DNA of 64,000 nt from Sphingomonas adhaesiva. Its GTDB lineage: Bacteria; Pseudomonadota; Alphaproteobacteria; Sphingomonadales; Sphingomonadaceae. The position numbers were made by a program, and so were the translations under genes. Where the stretch lies: the NCBI RefSeq assembly GCF_036946305.1, contig NZ_JAQIJJ010000005.1, positions 266,052-330,051 on the forward strand, written 5' to 3'. Below the pieces are notes generated by a model. It saw nothing but the letters and a program-made list of their open reading frames with translations. It was not told the DNA's origin and ran no database searches. This document shows positions 1-10,789 of this stretch, in pieces; within the stretch, counting starts at the first letter, position 1, and every line of letters begins with the position of its first letter.

Positions 1-1
1 G

Positions 2-1930
<1,929 letters not shown>

Positions 1931-1955
1931 GCGCAGGAAACATCATCGAAAACCG

Positions 1956-1990
1956 GAAGGGAGGGCCATCGTGCCCTCCCTTCTTCGTTC
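1956..1990 (+). terminator. intrinsic terminator after acnA
   Basis: 11-bp stem GAAGGGAGGGC / GCCCTCCCTTC (1956-1966, 1973-1983) with a 6-nt loop and a T-rich tail TTCGTT, 26 nt after the acnA stop. Confidence 0.6.
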
Positions 1991-2003
1991 CGGGGGGAGC
2001 ATC

Positions 2004-2300
2004 ATGAGCGACGAATACATCTACGACGAAGCGACCGGCGAATGGGTGGCCGCGGGCGACGTGGCGCCCGCACCCGCCACGTCGGCGGTCGAGGTCCGCG
2101 ACGCGGTCGGCAATCTGCTGGCGGACGGCGACAGCGTCACGCTGATCAAGGACCTGAAGGTCAAGGGCACCAGCCAGACGCTGAAGCGCGGCACGGTGGT
2201 GAAGTCGATCCGCCTGACCGGCGACGAACAGGAGATCGACTGCAAGTTCGACGGCATCAAGGGCCTCGTCCTGCGCGCCGAATTCGTCAGGAAGCGCTGA
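2004..2300 (+). CDS. PhnA-domain protein (C-terminal PhnA domain only, no N-terminal zinc ribbon)
   Basis: Reads DGDSVTLIKDLKVKGTSQTLKRGTVVKSIRLTGDEQEIDCKFDGIKGLVLRAEFVRKR. I prefer the ATG at 2004 (MSDEY) over the track start at 1971. Confidence 0.8.
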   Translation: MSDEYIYDEATGEWVAAGDVAPAPATSAVEVRDAVGNLLADGDSVTLIKDLKVKGTSQTLKRGTVVKSIRLTGDEQEIDCKFDGIKGLVLRAEFVRKR

Positions 2301-2333
2301 TCTCGCCTTTCCCCCGCACCCGCGCTACGTCGG

Positions 2334-2969
2334 GTGCAGGGGAGAGTGAGCGTGAAGAAACCGCAGACCGTCTCGCGGCTCAACGAACTGGGCCGGGTCC
2401 AACTGTCGAAGAGCTTCTACATGCGCGATTTCCTCTATTCGGAGATCGCCGCGCTGCACGGCCTGTCCAACATCCCCGACGACCCCGACCTGGCGATCGC
2501 CGCCGGCACGCGGCTGTGCGAGGATCTGCTGGAACCGTTGCAGGATGCGTTCGGACGCATCGCGATCCGCTCCGCCTTTCGCTCCGCGGAGGTCAACGCG
2601 CTCGGCAATGCCAAGGGGCACAATTGCGCATCGAACGAGCGCAACTTCGCGGGCCACATCTGGGACCGCCGCGATGCCGCCGGGCAGATGGGCGCGACCG
2701 CCTGCATCGTCGTCCCCAGCTTCGCGCAGGCCTTCACCGCACCCGACGACTGGAAGCGGATCGCCTGGTGGGTCCACGACCATCTGCCCTATTCGTCGAT
2801 GGAATTCTTTCCGGTTCGCTGGGCGTTCAACCTGCAATGGCACGAAAAGCCGCTGCGGATGATCTACAGCCACATCCCCGAGGCACGCGGCTACCTGACC
2901 AAGCCGGGGATGGAAGGCCACGACGCCGACCATCGCGATCTGTGGGAGGGGATCGTTCCGAATCCCTAG
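2334..2969 (+). CDS. conserved hypothetical protein, possibly Zn DD-peptidase (M15-like) fold
   Basis: Long ORF with high GC3. GGAGAG lies 5 nt before an alternative GTG at 2352. The fold guess rests only on weak resemblance (SFYMRDFLYSE ... LLEPLQDAFGRIAIRSAFRS). Confidence 0.6.
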   Translation: MQGRVSVKKPQTVSRLNELGRVQLSKSFYMRDFLYSEIAALHGLSNIPDDPDLAIAAGTRLCEDLLEPLQDAFGRIAIRSAFRSAEVNALGNAKGHNCASNERNFAGHIWDRRDAAGQMGATACIVVPSFAQAFTAPDDWKRIAWWVHDHLPYSSMEFFPVRWAFNLQWHEKPLRMIYSHIPEARGYLTKPGMEGHDADHRDLWEGIVPNP

Positions 2970-2975
2970 TTTCAC

Positions 2976-3057
2976 GTCACCCCGGCCTTGAGCCGGGGTC
3001 CCGCTTCTTCAGCAACGTCCTATCAACAGCGGGACCCCGGATCAAGTCCGGGGTGAC
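2976..3057. repeat. R1 family nested palindrome (GTCACCCCGG...CCGGGGTGAC)
   Basis: The ends GTCACCCCGGCCTTGAGCCGGGGTCCCGC and GCGGGACCCCGGATCAAGTCCGGGGTGAC are reverse complements. Related copies lie at 4528, 16268, 39660, 61980 and a solo hairpin at 26883. Confidence 0.8.
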
Positions 3058-4459
3058 GGGCGTCAGGCACCAAGCGCCTCCCCGCGCGCTTCCGCCCCCA
3101 GGCGAAATACACCGCCAGCCCCGCCGCATTCCACAGCACGAAATACCATTGCGTCTTCGACGGCAGGCTGAAGAACAGATACACGCACCCCAGCACCCCC
3201 ACCGTGCCCACCAGCGGCGCCAGCGGGGTGCGGAACGTCCGCTTCGCATCCGGCGCGCGGCGGCGCATCACCAGCATCGCCACGCACACCGCGACGAACG
3301 CCGCCAGCGTCCCGGCATTGGCCAGTGCCGCGATCGCGTCGATCGGCATCACGCCGGCGATCACCGCCACCAGCAAGGCGGTCAGCACCGTGATCCGGAC
3401 CGGCGTGCCGCGCCGCGATACCTTCGCCAGCGACGCCGGCAACAGACCGTCGCGCGCCATCACGAAGAAGATGCGGCTCTGTCCGAACAGGAACCCCAGC
3501 AGCACCGTGGGCAGCGCGATCACCGCGCTCGCCGCCAGGAAGGTCGCGAACCCCGGCCGCCCGATCCCGCGCAGGATCAGCGCCAGCGGTTCGGGCGAGT
3601 CGGCAAAGGCGGAGAAGCGCAACGCACCGACCGCGGCCACCGCCACGCCCATGTAGATGATGACGCACGCCACCATCGACCCCACGATCCCGATCGCGAG
3701 ATCGCGCCCCGGGTTCTTCGTCTCTTCCGCCGCGGTGGAGATCGCGTCGAAGCCGTAGAAAGCGAAGAAGATGATCGCCGCCGCCGCCATCACCCCGCGC
3801 TCGACGCCATCGGGCGACACCGACTTGCCGAACCCGAACGGCATGAACGGATCCAGATGGGCGCCATCGAAATGCGGCACCGCCACCGCGACGAACACCG
3901 CCAGCGCGACCAGCTTCACCACCACCAGCACGGCGTTGAGCGTCGCGCTCTCCTTCGTTCCCAGCGACAGCAGCCCCGCCACCACCGCGATGATGAACAC
4001 CGCGGGCACGTTGACCACGCCGCCCAGCTCCGGCCCCTGCGTCAGCGCTACCGGAAAGCCCCATGGCGTCAGCAGCGCGCTGGCATAGCCCGACCAGCCG
4101 ACCGCGACGGTAGAGACGACCAGCGAATATTCCAGGATCAGCGACCAGCCGATCACCCAGGCGATCACCTCCCCCAGCGCGACATAGCTATAGGTATAGG
4201 CGCTGCCCGAGGCGGGGATCATCGTCGCCATCTCAGCATAGGCGAGCGCGGCACAGGCGCAGATCGCGCCGGCGATGACGAACGACAGGATCACCGCCGG
4301 CCCGGCGCGGTCGGCGCCGACGCCGATCAGCGTCAGGATCCCGGTACCGACGATCGCGCCCACGCCCAGCGCGACCAGATGCGGCCACGACAAAGTGCGC
4401 GCCAGCACCGTGCCGGCCTGCTGCTCGACCGCGATCGGCTTCCTGCGAAACAGGCTCAT
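3023..4459 (-). CDS. amino acid permease, APC superfamily
   Basis: About 12 hydrophobic segments, with N-terminal LSWPHLVALGVGAIVGTGILTLIG and AGAICACAALAYAEMATMIPASGSAYTYSY. I prefer the ATG at 4459 (MSLFRRKP). The last ~11 codons are read out of repeat R1. Confidence 0.9.
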   Translation of the reverse strand: MSLFRRKPIAVEQQAGTVLARTLSWPHLVALGVGAIVGTGILTLIGVGADRAGPAVILSFVIAGAICACAALAYAEMATMIPASGSAYTYSYVALGEVIAWVIGWSLILEYSLVVSTVAVGWSGYASALLTPWGFPVALTQGPELGGVVNVPAVFIIAVVAGLLSLGTKESATLNAVLVVVKLVALAVFVAVAVPHFDGAHLDPFMPFGFGKSVSPDGVERGVMAAAAIIFFAFYGFDAISTAAEETKNPGRDLAIGIVGSMVACVIIYMGVAVAAVGALRFSAFADSPEPLALILRGIGRPGFATFLAASAVIALPTVLLGFLFGQSRIFFVMARDGLLPASLAKVSRRGTPVRITVLTALLVAVIAGVMPIDAIAALANAGTLAAFVAVCVAMLVMRRRAPDAKRTFRTPLAPLVGTVGVLGCVYLFFSLPSKTQWYFVLWNAAGLAVYFAWGRKRAGRRLVPDARHPGLDPGSRC

Positions 4460-4527
4460 CGTCCCCCTTCTTCTTATCGTGTCAGCGGATACGTGTAGGC
4501 GTAGTGTGAAGCGCGCGAAACCCACCC

Positions 4528-4621
4528 GTCATGCCGGGCCTGACCCGGCATCCAGAGTTCCGCGCACACTGAAGCCGATGCGTTCGCGGCACGATAGACC
4601 CCGGGTCAGGCCCGGGGTGAC
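4528..4621. repeat. R1 family nested palindrome
   Basis: GTCATGCCGGGCCTGACCCGGCAT ... CCCCGGGTCAGGCCCGGGGTGAC, the same architecture as 16268-16360. It overlaps the last 5 codons of lysR. Confidence 0.8.
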
Positions 4622-5475
4622 GCCCGCCGCAACGCCCCCACCAGCGCCTCCACCACCTGGCTGTCCGCCACCCGCCGCGCCGAATCCGCCACCGTCGCCA
4701 GCCCCACGACCCGTCGCCTTGCAAAGCCCTCCAGCGGCACCACCGCCACGCCATCGCCCGCGAAGCACGCCGGCATCACCGTAACCCCCAGCCCCGCCGC
4801 CACGAACGCCGCGGCGCGATCGTCGCTGGTGGTCCGCGCCGCCATGAACGGGCGCACGCCGCGGCTGGTGAAATGGCGGCTGACCTCGCTCAGCGCCTCG
4901 CAATGCCGCCGCACGATCATCGGCTCGGCCGCGATGCGCTCGGCCGCGACCTGCGCCTCGCCGGCCAGCGCGTGCCCCGCCGCCATCGCCACGCCATAGC
5001 CTTCCTCGAACAGCGCCGCGCCGCCCATGTCGGGCGCCACCACCGCATCGACGCGCCCGCGATCCAGCGCCGCCGCCAGCTCGCGATCGCGCCCCTCGAC
5101 CAGTTCCAGCCGCTCGCCCGGCGCCGCCGCCAGCGCCCGCGCCACCGCCGCGCGGATCAGCCGCGCGGGCAGCGTGGAGACGATCCCCACCCGCATCAGC
5201 CGCACGTTCGCGTCGGACAATCCGCCCTCCGCCCGCGCGAACTCCGCCTCGATCCGGCGCGCATGCCCCACCAGCCGGCTGCCCGCCGCGGTCAGTTCCA
5301 CCCGCCGGCTGGTGCGCATCAGCACCGGCTCGCCCAGCAGCCCCTCCAGCTTGGCGATCCCCGCCGACAGCGTCGGCTGCGTCACGCGGCACGCCGCGGC
5401 GGCACGCGTGAAGCTCCCCTGATCGACCACGGCGAGGAAATAGCGCAGCAGCGAGCGGTCAAGCATAGACGCCAT
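4606..5475 (-). CDS. LysR-family transcriptional regulator, divergent from ivd
   Basis: N-terminal [38 protein letters not shown], followed by a LysR substrate-binding region. Confidence 0.9.
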   Translation of the reverse strand: MASMLDRSLLRYFLAVVDQGSFTRAAAACRVTQPTLSAGIAKLEGLLGEPVLMRTSRRVELTAAGSRLVGHARRIEAEFARAEGGLSDANVRLMRVGIVSTLPARLIRAAVARALAAAPGERLELVEGRDRELAAALDRGRVDAVVAPDMGGAALFEEGYGVAMAAGHALAGEAQVAAERIAAEPMIVRRHCEALSEVSRHFTSRGVRPFMAARTTSDDRAAAFVAAGLGVTVMPACFAGDGVAVVPLEGFARRRVVGLATVADSARRVADSQVVEALVGALRRASPRA

Positions 5476-5479
5476 CTAT
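5465..5479. promoter_or_regulatory. candidate LysR box (ATAGA-N5-TCTAT)
   Basis: Perfect dyad ATAGACGCCATCTAT of the LysR T-N11-A type. It overlaps the lysR start codon in the lysR/ivd divergent region. Confidence 0.4.
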
Positions 5480-5534
5480 CGTTTGGCGCGCCTCCCGGCA
5501 ATTTTACTCGCAAGGCTCTTGAGCATAAACTCCC

Positions 5535-5629
5535 CGTCATTCCCGCGAAGGCGGGAGTCCATTGCCGCTGCCCGTCCGGCTCTTGCCGCGACCTGCGCGA
5601 ATGGATTCCCGCCTCCGCGGGAATGACGG
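5535..5629. repeat. R2 family palindromic element (CGTCATTCCCGCGAAGGCGGGA...)
   Basis: Left arm CCGTCATTCCCGCGAAGGCGGGAGTCCATTG. The reverse complement of the right arm is CCGTCATTCCCGCGGAGGCGGGAATCCATTC. Related copies at 20702 and 39500. Confidence 0.8.
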
Positions 5630-5649
5630 AGCAGGATGGAGAGAGACGC

Positions 5650-6804
5650 ATGCAGGGCCTCGATTTCGCGCTAGGCGAGACCGCGGAGATGATCCGCGAC
5701 ACCACGCGCCGCTTCGCCGACGACCGCATCGCGCCGCTCAGCCAGCGCATCGACGCCGACGACTGGTTCCCGCGCGACGAACTCTGGCCCGCGATGGGCG
5801 AACTCGGCCTTCATGGCATCACCGTCGACGAAGCCGACGGCGGCCTAGGCCTCGGCTATCTCGAACATGTCGTGGCGCAGGAGGAGGTCGCCCGCGCCTC
5901 CGCCTCGATCGGCCTCAGCTACGGCGCGCATTCCAACCTGTGCGTCAACCAGATCCGCCGCTGGGCCAATCCGGAGCAGAAGGCAAAATACCTGCCGAAG
6001 CTGATCAGCGGCGAACATGTCGGCAGCCTCGCCATGTCGGAGGCCTCCGCCGGCTCCGACGTCGTCTCGATGAAGCTGCGCGCGCAGCGGACGGACAGGG
6101 GCTATGTCCTCAACGGCACCAAATTCTGGATCACCAATGCGACGCATGCCGACGTGCTGGTCGTCTATGCCAAGACCGGCGAAGGCTCGCGCGGCATCAC
6201 CACCTTCCTGATCGAGAAGGACATGCCCGGCTTCTCGATCGGTCAGAAGATCGACAAGATGGGGATGCGCGGCAGTCCCACGGCGGAGCTGGTCTTCACC
6301 GATTGCGAGGTGCCCGCCGGAAACGTCATGGGGCCGGAGAATGGCGGCGTCGGCGTGCTGATGAGCGGGCTGGATTACGAGCGCACCGTGCTGGCGGGCA
6401 TTCAGCTCGGCATCATGCAGGCGTGCCTCGACACCGTCCTGCCCTATGTCCGCGAGCGGCAGCAGTTCGGCACGCCGATCGGGCATTTCCAGCTGATGCA
6501 GGCCAAGGTCGCCGACATGTACGTCGCGCTCAATTCCGCGCGTGCCTATGTCTATGCGGTGGCGCAGGCGTGCGACGCGGGCAAGACGACCCGCTTCGAC
6601 GCCGCCGGTGCGATCCTCTATGCCAGCGAGAACGCCTTCCGCGTCGCGGGCGACGCGGTGCAGGCGCTGGGCGGCGCCGGCTACACGAAGGACTGGCCGG
6701 TCGAACGCTATCTGCGCGACGCCAAGCTGCTCGACATCGGTGCGGGGACGAACGAGATCCGCCGCATGCTGATCGGCCGCGAACTGATCGGAGCCGTCGC
6801 ATGA
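5650..6804 (+). CDS. ivd: isovaleryl-CoA dehydrogenase
   Basis: Starts [30 protein letters not shown], with acyl-CoA dehydrogenase motifs and a C-terminal [23 protein letters not shown] ending. GGAGAGAG precedes the ATG. The track extension back to 4873 is antisense to lysR. Confidence 0.95.
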   Translation: MQGLDFALGETAEMIRDTTRRFADDRIAPLSQRIDADDWFPRDELWPAMGELGLHGITVDEADGGLGLGYLEHVVAQEEVARASASIGLSYGAHSNLCVNQIRRWANPEQKAKYLPKLISGEHVGSLAMSEASAGSDVVSMKLRAQRTDRGYVLNGTKFWITNATHADVLVVYAKTGEGSRGITTFLIEKDMPGFSIGQKIDKMGMRGSPTAELVFTDCEVPAGNVMGPENGGVGVLMSGLDYERTVLAGIQLGIMQACLDTVLPYVRERQQFGTPIGHFQLMQAKVADMYVALNSARAYVYAVAQACDAGKTTRFDAAGAILYASENAFRVAGDAVQALGGAGYTKDWPVERYLRDAKLLDIGAGTNEIRRMLIGRELIGAVA

Positions 6805-6815
6805 GCGCGCTGAAC

Positions 6816-6838
6816 ATCCTCCCCGGCACGGGGAGGAT
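6816..6838. repeat. solo hairpin ATCCTCCCCG-GCA-CGGGGAGGAT
   Basis: Perfect 10-bp stem. Its first 21 nt are identical to the outer hairpin of the element at 46777. It lies between the ivd stop (6804) and the mccB start (6842). Confidence 0.75.
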
Positions 6839-6841
6839 CTG

Positions 6842-8434
6842 ATGACCGGCCCCACCCTCCCCACCGCGCTGTCGCGCGACGACGCGACCTTCCGCGCCAA
6901 TGCCGACCACAACCGCGCGCTTGCCGACGAGCTGCGCGCCCGCGTCGCGCACGCCGCACGGGGCGGCAACGCCAGAAGCCGCGAGCGCCACGTCGCCCGC
7001 GGCAAGCTCCTGCCCCGCGACCGAGTCGAGCACCTGCTCGACCCCGGCACCGCGTTCCTCGAAATCGGCCAGCTGGTGGCGAACGGCCTCTACGACGACG
7101 AGGTGCCGGGCGCCGGCATGATCGCGGGCATCGGCACCGTCAGTGGCCGTCTGGTCATGATCGTGTGCAACGACGCGACCGTGAAGGGCGGCACCTATTA
7201 CCCGCTTACCGTCAAGAAGCATCTGCGCGCCCAGGAGATCGCGCAGGAGAACCGCCTGCCCTGCATCTATCTGGTCGATTCGGGCGGCGCCAACCTGCCG
7301 CACCAGGCGGAGGTCTTCCCCGACCGCGAGCATTTCGGCCGCATCTTCTTCAACCAGGCGAACATGTCCGCGCTGGGCATCCCGCAGATCGCGTGCGTCA
7401 TGGGCAGCTGCACCGCGGGCGGCGCCTATGTGCCGGCGATGTCGGACGAGACGGTGATCGTCCGCAACCAGGGCACGATCTTCCTCGCCGGCCCGCCGCT
7501 GGTGAAGGCCGCGACCGGCGAGATCATCTCCGCGGAGGAACTGGGCGGCGCGGAAACGCACGGTCGCCGCTCCGGCGTGGTCGACCATGTCGCCGAGAAT
7601 GACGAGCACGCGCTGTCGATCATCCGCGACATCGTCGCCACTTTGCCTCCGTCGACCGCCGCGCTGCCCGCCGGCGCCCCGCCGCTGTACCCCGCCGACG
7701 ATCTCTACGGCATCGTCCCGCAGGACGTCCGCGCGCCCTATGACGTCCACGAGGTGATCGCGCTACTGGTCGACGGCAGCACCTTCCACGAATTCAAGTC
7801 GCTCTACGGCGCATCCCTGGTGTGCGGTTTCGCCAACATCCACGGCCAGCCGGTCGCGATCCTCGCCAACAACGGCGTCCTGTTCAGCGAGAGCGCACAG
7901 AAAGGCGCGCACTTCATCGAACTGGCCTGCCAGCGGAAGGTCCCGCTGCTGTTCCTCCAGAACATCTCCGGCTTCATGGTCGGCGGCCGCTACGAGGCGG
8001 AGGGGATCGCCAAGCACGGCGCGAAGCTGGTGACCGCGGTCGCCACCGCGAGTGTGCCGAAAATCACGATCCTGATCGGCGGCAGCTTCGGCGCGGGCAA
8101 TTACGGCATGTGCGGCCGCGCGTATTCCCCGCGCTTCCTGTTCACCTGGCCCAATGCGCGGATCAGCGTGATGGGCGGCGAACAGGCCGCCAGCGTACTC
8201 GCCACCGTCCACCGCGACGCCGACACCTGGACCCCGGAGGAAGCCGACGCCTTCAAGGCTCCCGTCCGCGCCAAGTATGAGGAGGAGGGCAACCCCTATT
8301 ACGCCACCGCGCGGCTGTGGGACGACGGCGTCATCGACCCGGCGCAGACCCGCGACGTCCTCGGCCTCGCGCTACGCGTCTGCCACAACGCCCCCATCCC
8401 GGAGCGCGCCACCTTTGGCGTGTTCCGGATGTGA
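6842..8434 (+). CDS. mccB: methylcrotonoyl-CoA carboxylase beta (carboxyltransferase) subunit
   Basis: 530 aa of the carboxyltransferase family ([31 protein letters not shown]), positioned between ivd and mccA. Confidence 0.95.
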   Translation: MTGPTLPTALSRDDATFRANADHNRALADELRARVAHAARGGNARSRERHVARGKLLPRDRVEHLLDPGTAFLEIGQLVANGLYDDEVPGAGMIAGIGTVSGRLVMIVCNDATVKGGTYYPLTVKKHLRAQEIAQENRLPCIYLVDSGGANLPHQAEVFPDREHFGRIFFNQANMSALGIPQIACVMGSCTAGGAYVPAMSDETVIVRNQGTIFLAGPPLVKAATGEIISAEELGGAETHGRRSGVVDHVAENDEHALSIIRDIVATLPPSTAALPAGAPPLYPADDLYGIVPQDVRAPYDVHEVIALLVDGSTFHEFKSLYGASLVCGFANIHGQPVAILANNGVLFSESAQKGAHFIELACQRKVPLLFLQNISGFMVGGRYEAEGIAKHGAKLVTAVATASVPKITILIGGSFGAGNYGMCGRAYSPRFLFTWPNARISVMGGEQAASVLATVHRDADTWTPEEADAFKAPVRAKYEEEGNPYYATARLWDDGVIDPAQTRDVLGLALRVCHNAPIPERATFGVFRM

Positions 8435-8445
8435 GGGAACCGACG

Positions 8446-8874
8446 CTATCGTTCCTCCCCGAGCTCGTCTCGGGGAGGGGGACCGCCCGGCGCAGCCGGG
8501 TGGTGGAGGGGCAGCCGCGACACGGCGAGTGCCAGCACCGCCGCGGCCGTTCTATCCGCATCTGCCAGCACGCGCGCCGCTGCGATGCGCACGGTCCTGA
8601 TACCCGCCGCGGCAAACCAGGCATCTCGCCGCGCGTCCCGATCCTGTCGATCGGCGTGTCCCTGCCCGTCGATCTCCATCGCGAGACGCGCGTCCAGACA
8701 GTAGAAGTCGAGCACGTAAGCGCCTGCCGGATGCTGTCGCCGAAACTTGCACCCGTTCGGCGCGCCACGCAGCCGCTGCCAAAGGAGCACCTCCGGCAGC
8801 GTCATGTCACGCCGCAAGCGTCGGGCACGCTTCACCCCGCCGCGGCGCGCCCGTGGCGCCACATCCCTCAGCAT
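8446..8874 (-). CDS. DUF559 endonuclease-domain protein (Vsr-like PD-(D/E)xK fold)
   Basis: Reads ARRLRRDMTLPEVLLWQRLR ... FRRQHPAGAYVLDFYCLDARLAMEIDGQGH ... RDAWFAAAGIRTVRI. I prefer the ATG at 8874. The last ~20 codons and the stop are read through the left repeat. Confidence 0.8.
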   Translation of the reverse strand: MLRDVAPRARRGGVKRARRLRRDMTLPEVLLWQRLRGAPNGCKFRRQHPAGAYVLDFYCLDARLAMEIDGQGHADRQDRDARRDAWFAAAGIRTVRIAAARVLADADRTAAAVLALAVSRLPLHHPAAPGGPPPRDELGEER

Positions 8875-8937
8875 CACGTCCACCCCTCCACCATGCTTCG
8901 CATGGTCCCCCTCCCCGAGACAAGCTCGGGGAGGAAC
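8451..8937. mobile_element. 487-bp element with ~60-bp modular terminal inverted repeats carrying a DUF559 gene
   Basis: 8451-8484 matches the reverse complement of 8937-8904 at 33/34 positions (GTTCCTCCCCGAGCT[C/T]GTCTCGGGGAGGGGGACC). Each end then has a variable short hairpin followed by GGTGGAGGGG. DUF559 is the only ORF inside. Mobility is inferred, not shown. Confidence 0.5.
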
Positions 8938-8948
8938 AGGAATCACCC

Positions 8949-10787
8949 ATGATCCACTCCCTCCTGATCGCCAACCGCGGCGAGATCGCCTGCCGCATCA
9001 TCCGCACCGCGCGCGCGATGGGTGTGCGCACGATCGCGGTCCATTCCGCGGCCGACGCACAGGCGCTCCACGTCCGCGAGGCGGACGAGGCGGTTGCGAT
9101 CGGCCCGGCCCCGGCGCGCGAGAGCTATCTCGTCCCCGAGCGCATCCTCGCCGCCGCGCGCGAGACGGGCGCGCAGGCGATCCACCCCGGCTACGGCTTC
9201 CTGAGCGAAAATGCCGACTTCGCGCAGGCCGTCATCGACGCCGGGCTGATCTGGGTCGGCCCCAACCCCGACAGCATCCGCGCGATGGGGCTGAAGGATG
9301 CCGCCAAGGCGCGCATGATCGCCGCCGGCGTCCCCGTCACGCCGGGCTATCTCGGCGAAGACCAGTCCACCGACCGCCTCGCCGCGGAGGCCGCGCAGAT
9401 CGGCTACCCCGTCCTCATCAAGGCGGTCGCGGGCGGCGGCGGCAAGGGGATGCGGCAGGTCGACGACGCCGCCGCCTTCGCCGACGCGCTCGCCTCGTGC
9501 CGGCGCGAGGCCGCCGCCGCGTTCGGCGACGATCGCGTCCTGATCGAGAAGTACATCCTCTCGCCGCGCCATATCGAGGTGCAGGTGTTCGGCGACCGCC
9601 ACGGCCAGGTCGTCCACCTCTTCGAGCGCGACTGCTCGCTCCAGCGCCGCCACCAGAAGGTGATCGAGGAGGCGCCCGCCCCCGGCATGGACGCCGCCAC
9701 CCGCGCCGCGGTGTGCGACGCCGCGGTCACGGCCGCGCGCGCGGTCGACTATGTCGGCGCGGGCACGATCGAGTTCATCGCCGACGCCAGCGAGGGACTG
9801 CGCGCCGACCGCATCTGGTTCATGGAGATGAACACCCGCCTTCAGGTCGAACATCCCGTGACCGAGGCGATCACCGGGCAGGATCTGGTCGAATGGCAGC
9901 TCCGCGTCGCCGCCGGCGAGCCGCTGCCCTGCACGCAGGACCAGCTCGCGATCCACGGCCATGCGATCGAGGCGCGGCTCTATGCCGAGGATCCCGCCAA
10001 GGGCTTCCTGCCCTCGATCGGCACGCTGGAGGCGTTCGACCTGGGGGATGACGTCCGCGTCGATACCGGCGTCGAGCAGGGCAGCATCATCTCGCCCTTC
10101 TACGATCCGATGATCGCCAAGCTGATCGCGCACGGCGACACCCGCGAGGAGGCGCGCGAGCGGCTCGCCGATGCGCTGGACGAGGCGATCGTCTGGCCGG
10201 TGCGCAGCAACGCGGGGTTTCTGGTCGAGGCGCTCGACCACCCCGATTTCGTCGCCGGTCGCGTCGACACCGGGCTGATCGCGCGCGAGGGCGAGGCGCT
10301 GATGCCGCCCGCGCAACCCAGCGAGGAAGCGCTCGCCGCCGCCGCCGCCGCGCTGGCAGGTCCGGCGTTCGCACCCGGCTTCCGGCTGAACGCGGCTCCG
10401 CGGCGCGAGGGCATGTTCCTGCTCGACGGCGCGCCGGTCGCAATCGATTTCGCCGATGTGCCCGCACCCGACGAACGCGAGGACACCGCGGTGCTGATCT
10501 CCGAAGGCGGCCAGACCTGGGCACTGGCGCCGTACCGCGCCGCGGGCGGCGCGGCCGGCGGCGCGGCGGACGGCGCGATCCTCGCGACCATGCCGGGCCG
10601 CGTCATCGCGGTCGAGGTCGCCGCGGGCGCGACCGTGACCCGCGGGCAGAAGCTGCTGACGCTGGAGGCGATGAAGATGGAACACAGCCTGACCGCGCCC
10701 TTCGACGGCACGCTGGCGGAACTGAACGTGGAAACCGGCGCGCAGGTGACGGAAGGCACGCTGCTGGCGAAGATCGCGGCGGAATAA
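8949..10787 (+). CDS. mccA: methylcrotonoyl-CoA carboxylase alpha (biotin carboxylase + BCCP) subunit
   Basis: Starts MIHSLLIANRGEIACRIIRTARAMG, has an ATP-grasp core and the C-terminal biotinylation motif LEAMKMEH. The track start at 8853 lies inside the repeat. Confidence 0.95.
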   Translation: MIHSLLIANRGEIACRIIRTARAMGVRTIAVHSAADAQALHVREADEAVAIGPAPARESYLVPERILAAARETGAQAIHPGYGFLSENADFAQAVIDAGLIWVGPNPDSIRAMGLKDAAKARMIAAGVPVTPGYLGEDQSTDRLAAEAAQIGYPVLIKAVAGGGGKGMRQVDDAAAFADALASCRREAAAAFGDDRVLIEKYILSPRHIEVQVFGDRHGQVVHLFERDCSLQRRHQKVIEEAPAPGMDAATRAAVCDAAVTAARAVDYVGAGTIEFIADASEGLRADRIWFMEMNTRLQVEHPVTEAITGQDLVEWQLRVAAGEPLPCTQDQLAIHGHAIEARLYAEDPAKGFLPSIGTLEAFDLGDDVRVDTGVEQGSIISPFYDPMIAKLIAHGDTREEARERLADALDEAIVWPVRSNAGFLVEALDHPDFVAGRVDTGLIAREGEALMPPAQPSEEALAAAAAALAGPAFAPGFRLNAAPRREGMFLLDGAPVAIDFADVPAPDEREDTAVLISEGGQTWALAPYRAAGGAAGGAADGAILATMPGRVIAVEVAAGATVTRGQKLLTLEAMKMEHSLTAPFDGTLAELNVETGAQVTEGTLLAKIAAE

Positions 10788-10789
10788 AA

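Noticed and set aside
2042-4498. 818-aa + strand ORF, the longest in this part of the track
   Set aside because: It runs across the PhnA-like gene and the M15-like gene, and antisense through the whole permease gene. The translation is Arg/His/Gly/Asp low-complexity with no motif. This is a typical high-GC shadow frame.
4873-5649. 259-codon N-terminal extension of the isovaleryl-CoA dehydrogenase ORF
   Set aside because: The extension is antisense to lysR and crosses the R2 repeat. A good Shine-Dalgarno sequence and the family-typical N-terminus begin at 5650.
8853-8948. Upstream extension of mccA and the alternative DUF559 start at 8946
   Set aside because: Both extensions are simply open frames through the right terminal repeat. 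The family-typical N-termini begin at 8949 (MIHSLLIANRG) and 8874.
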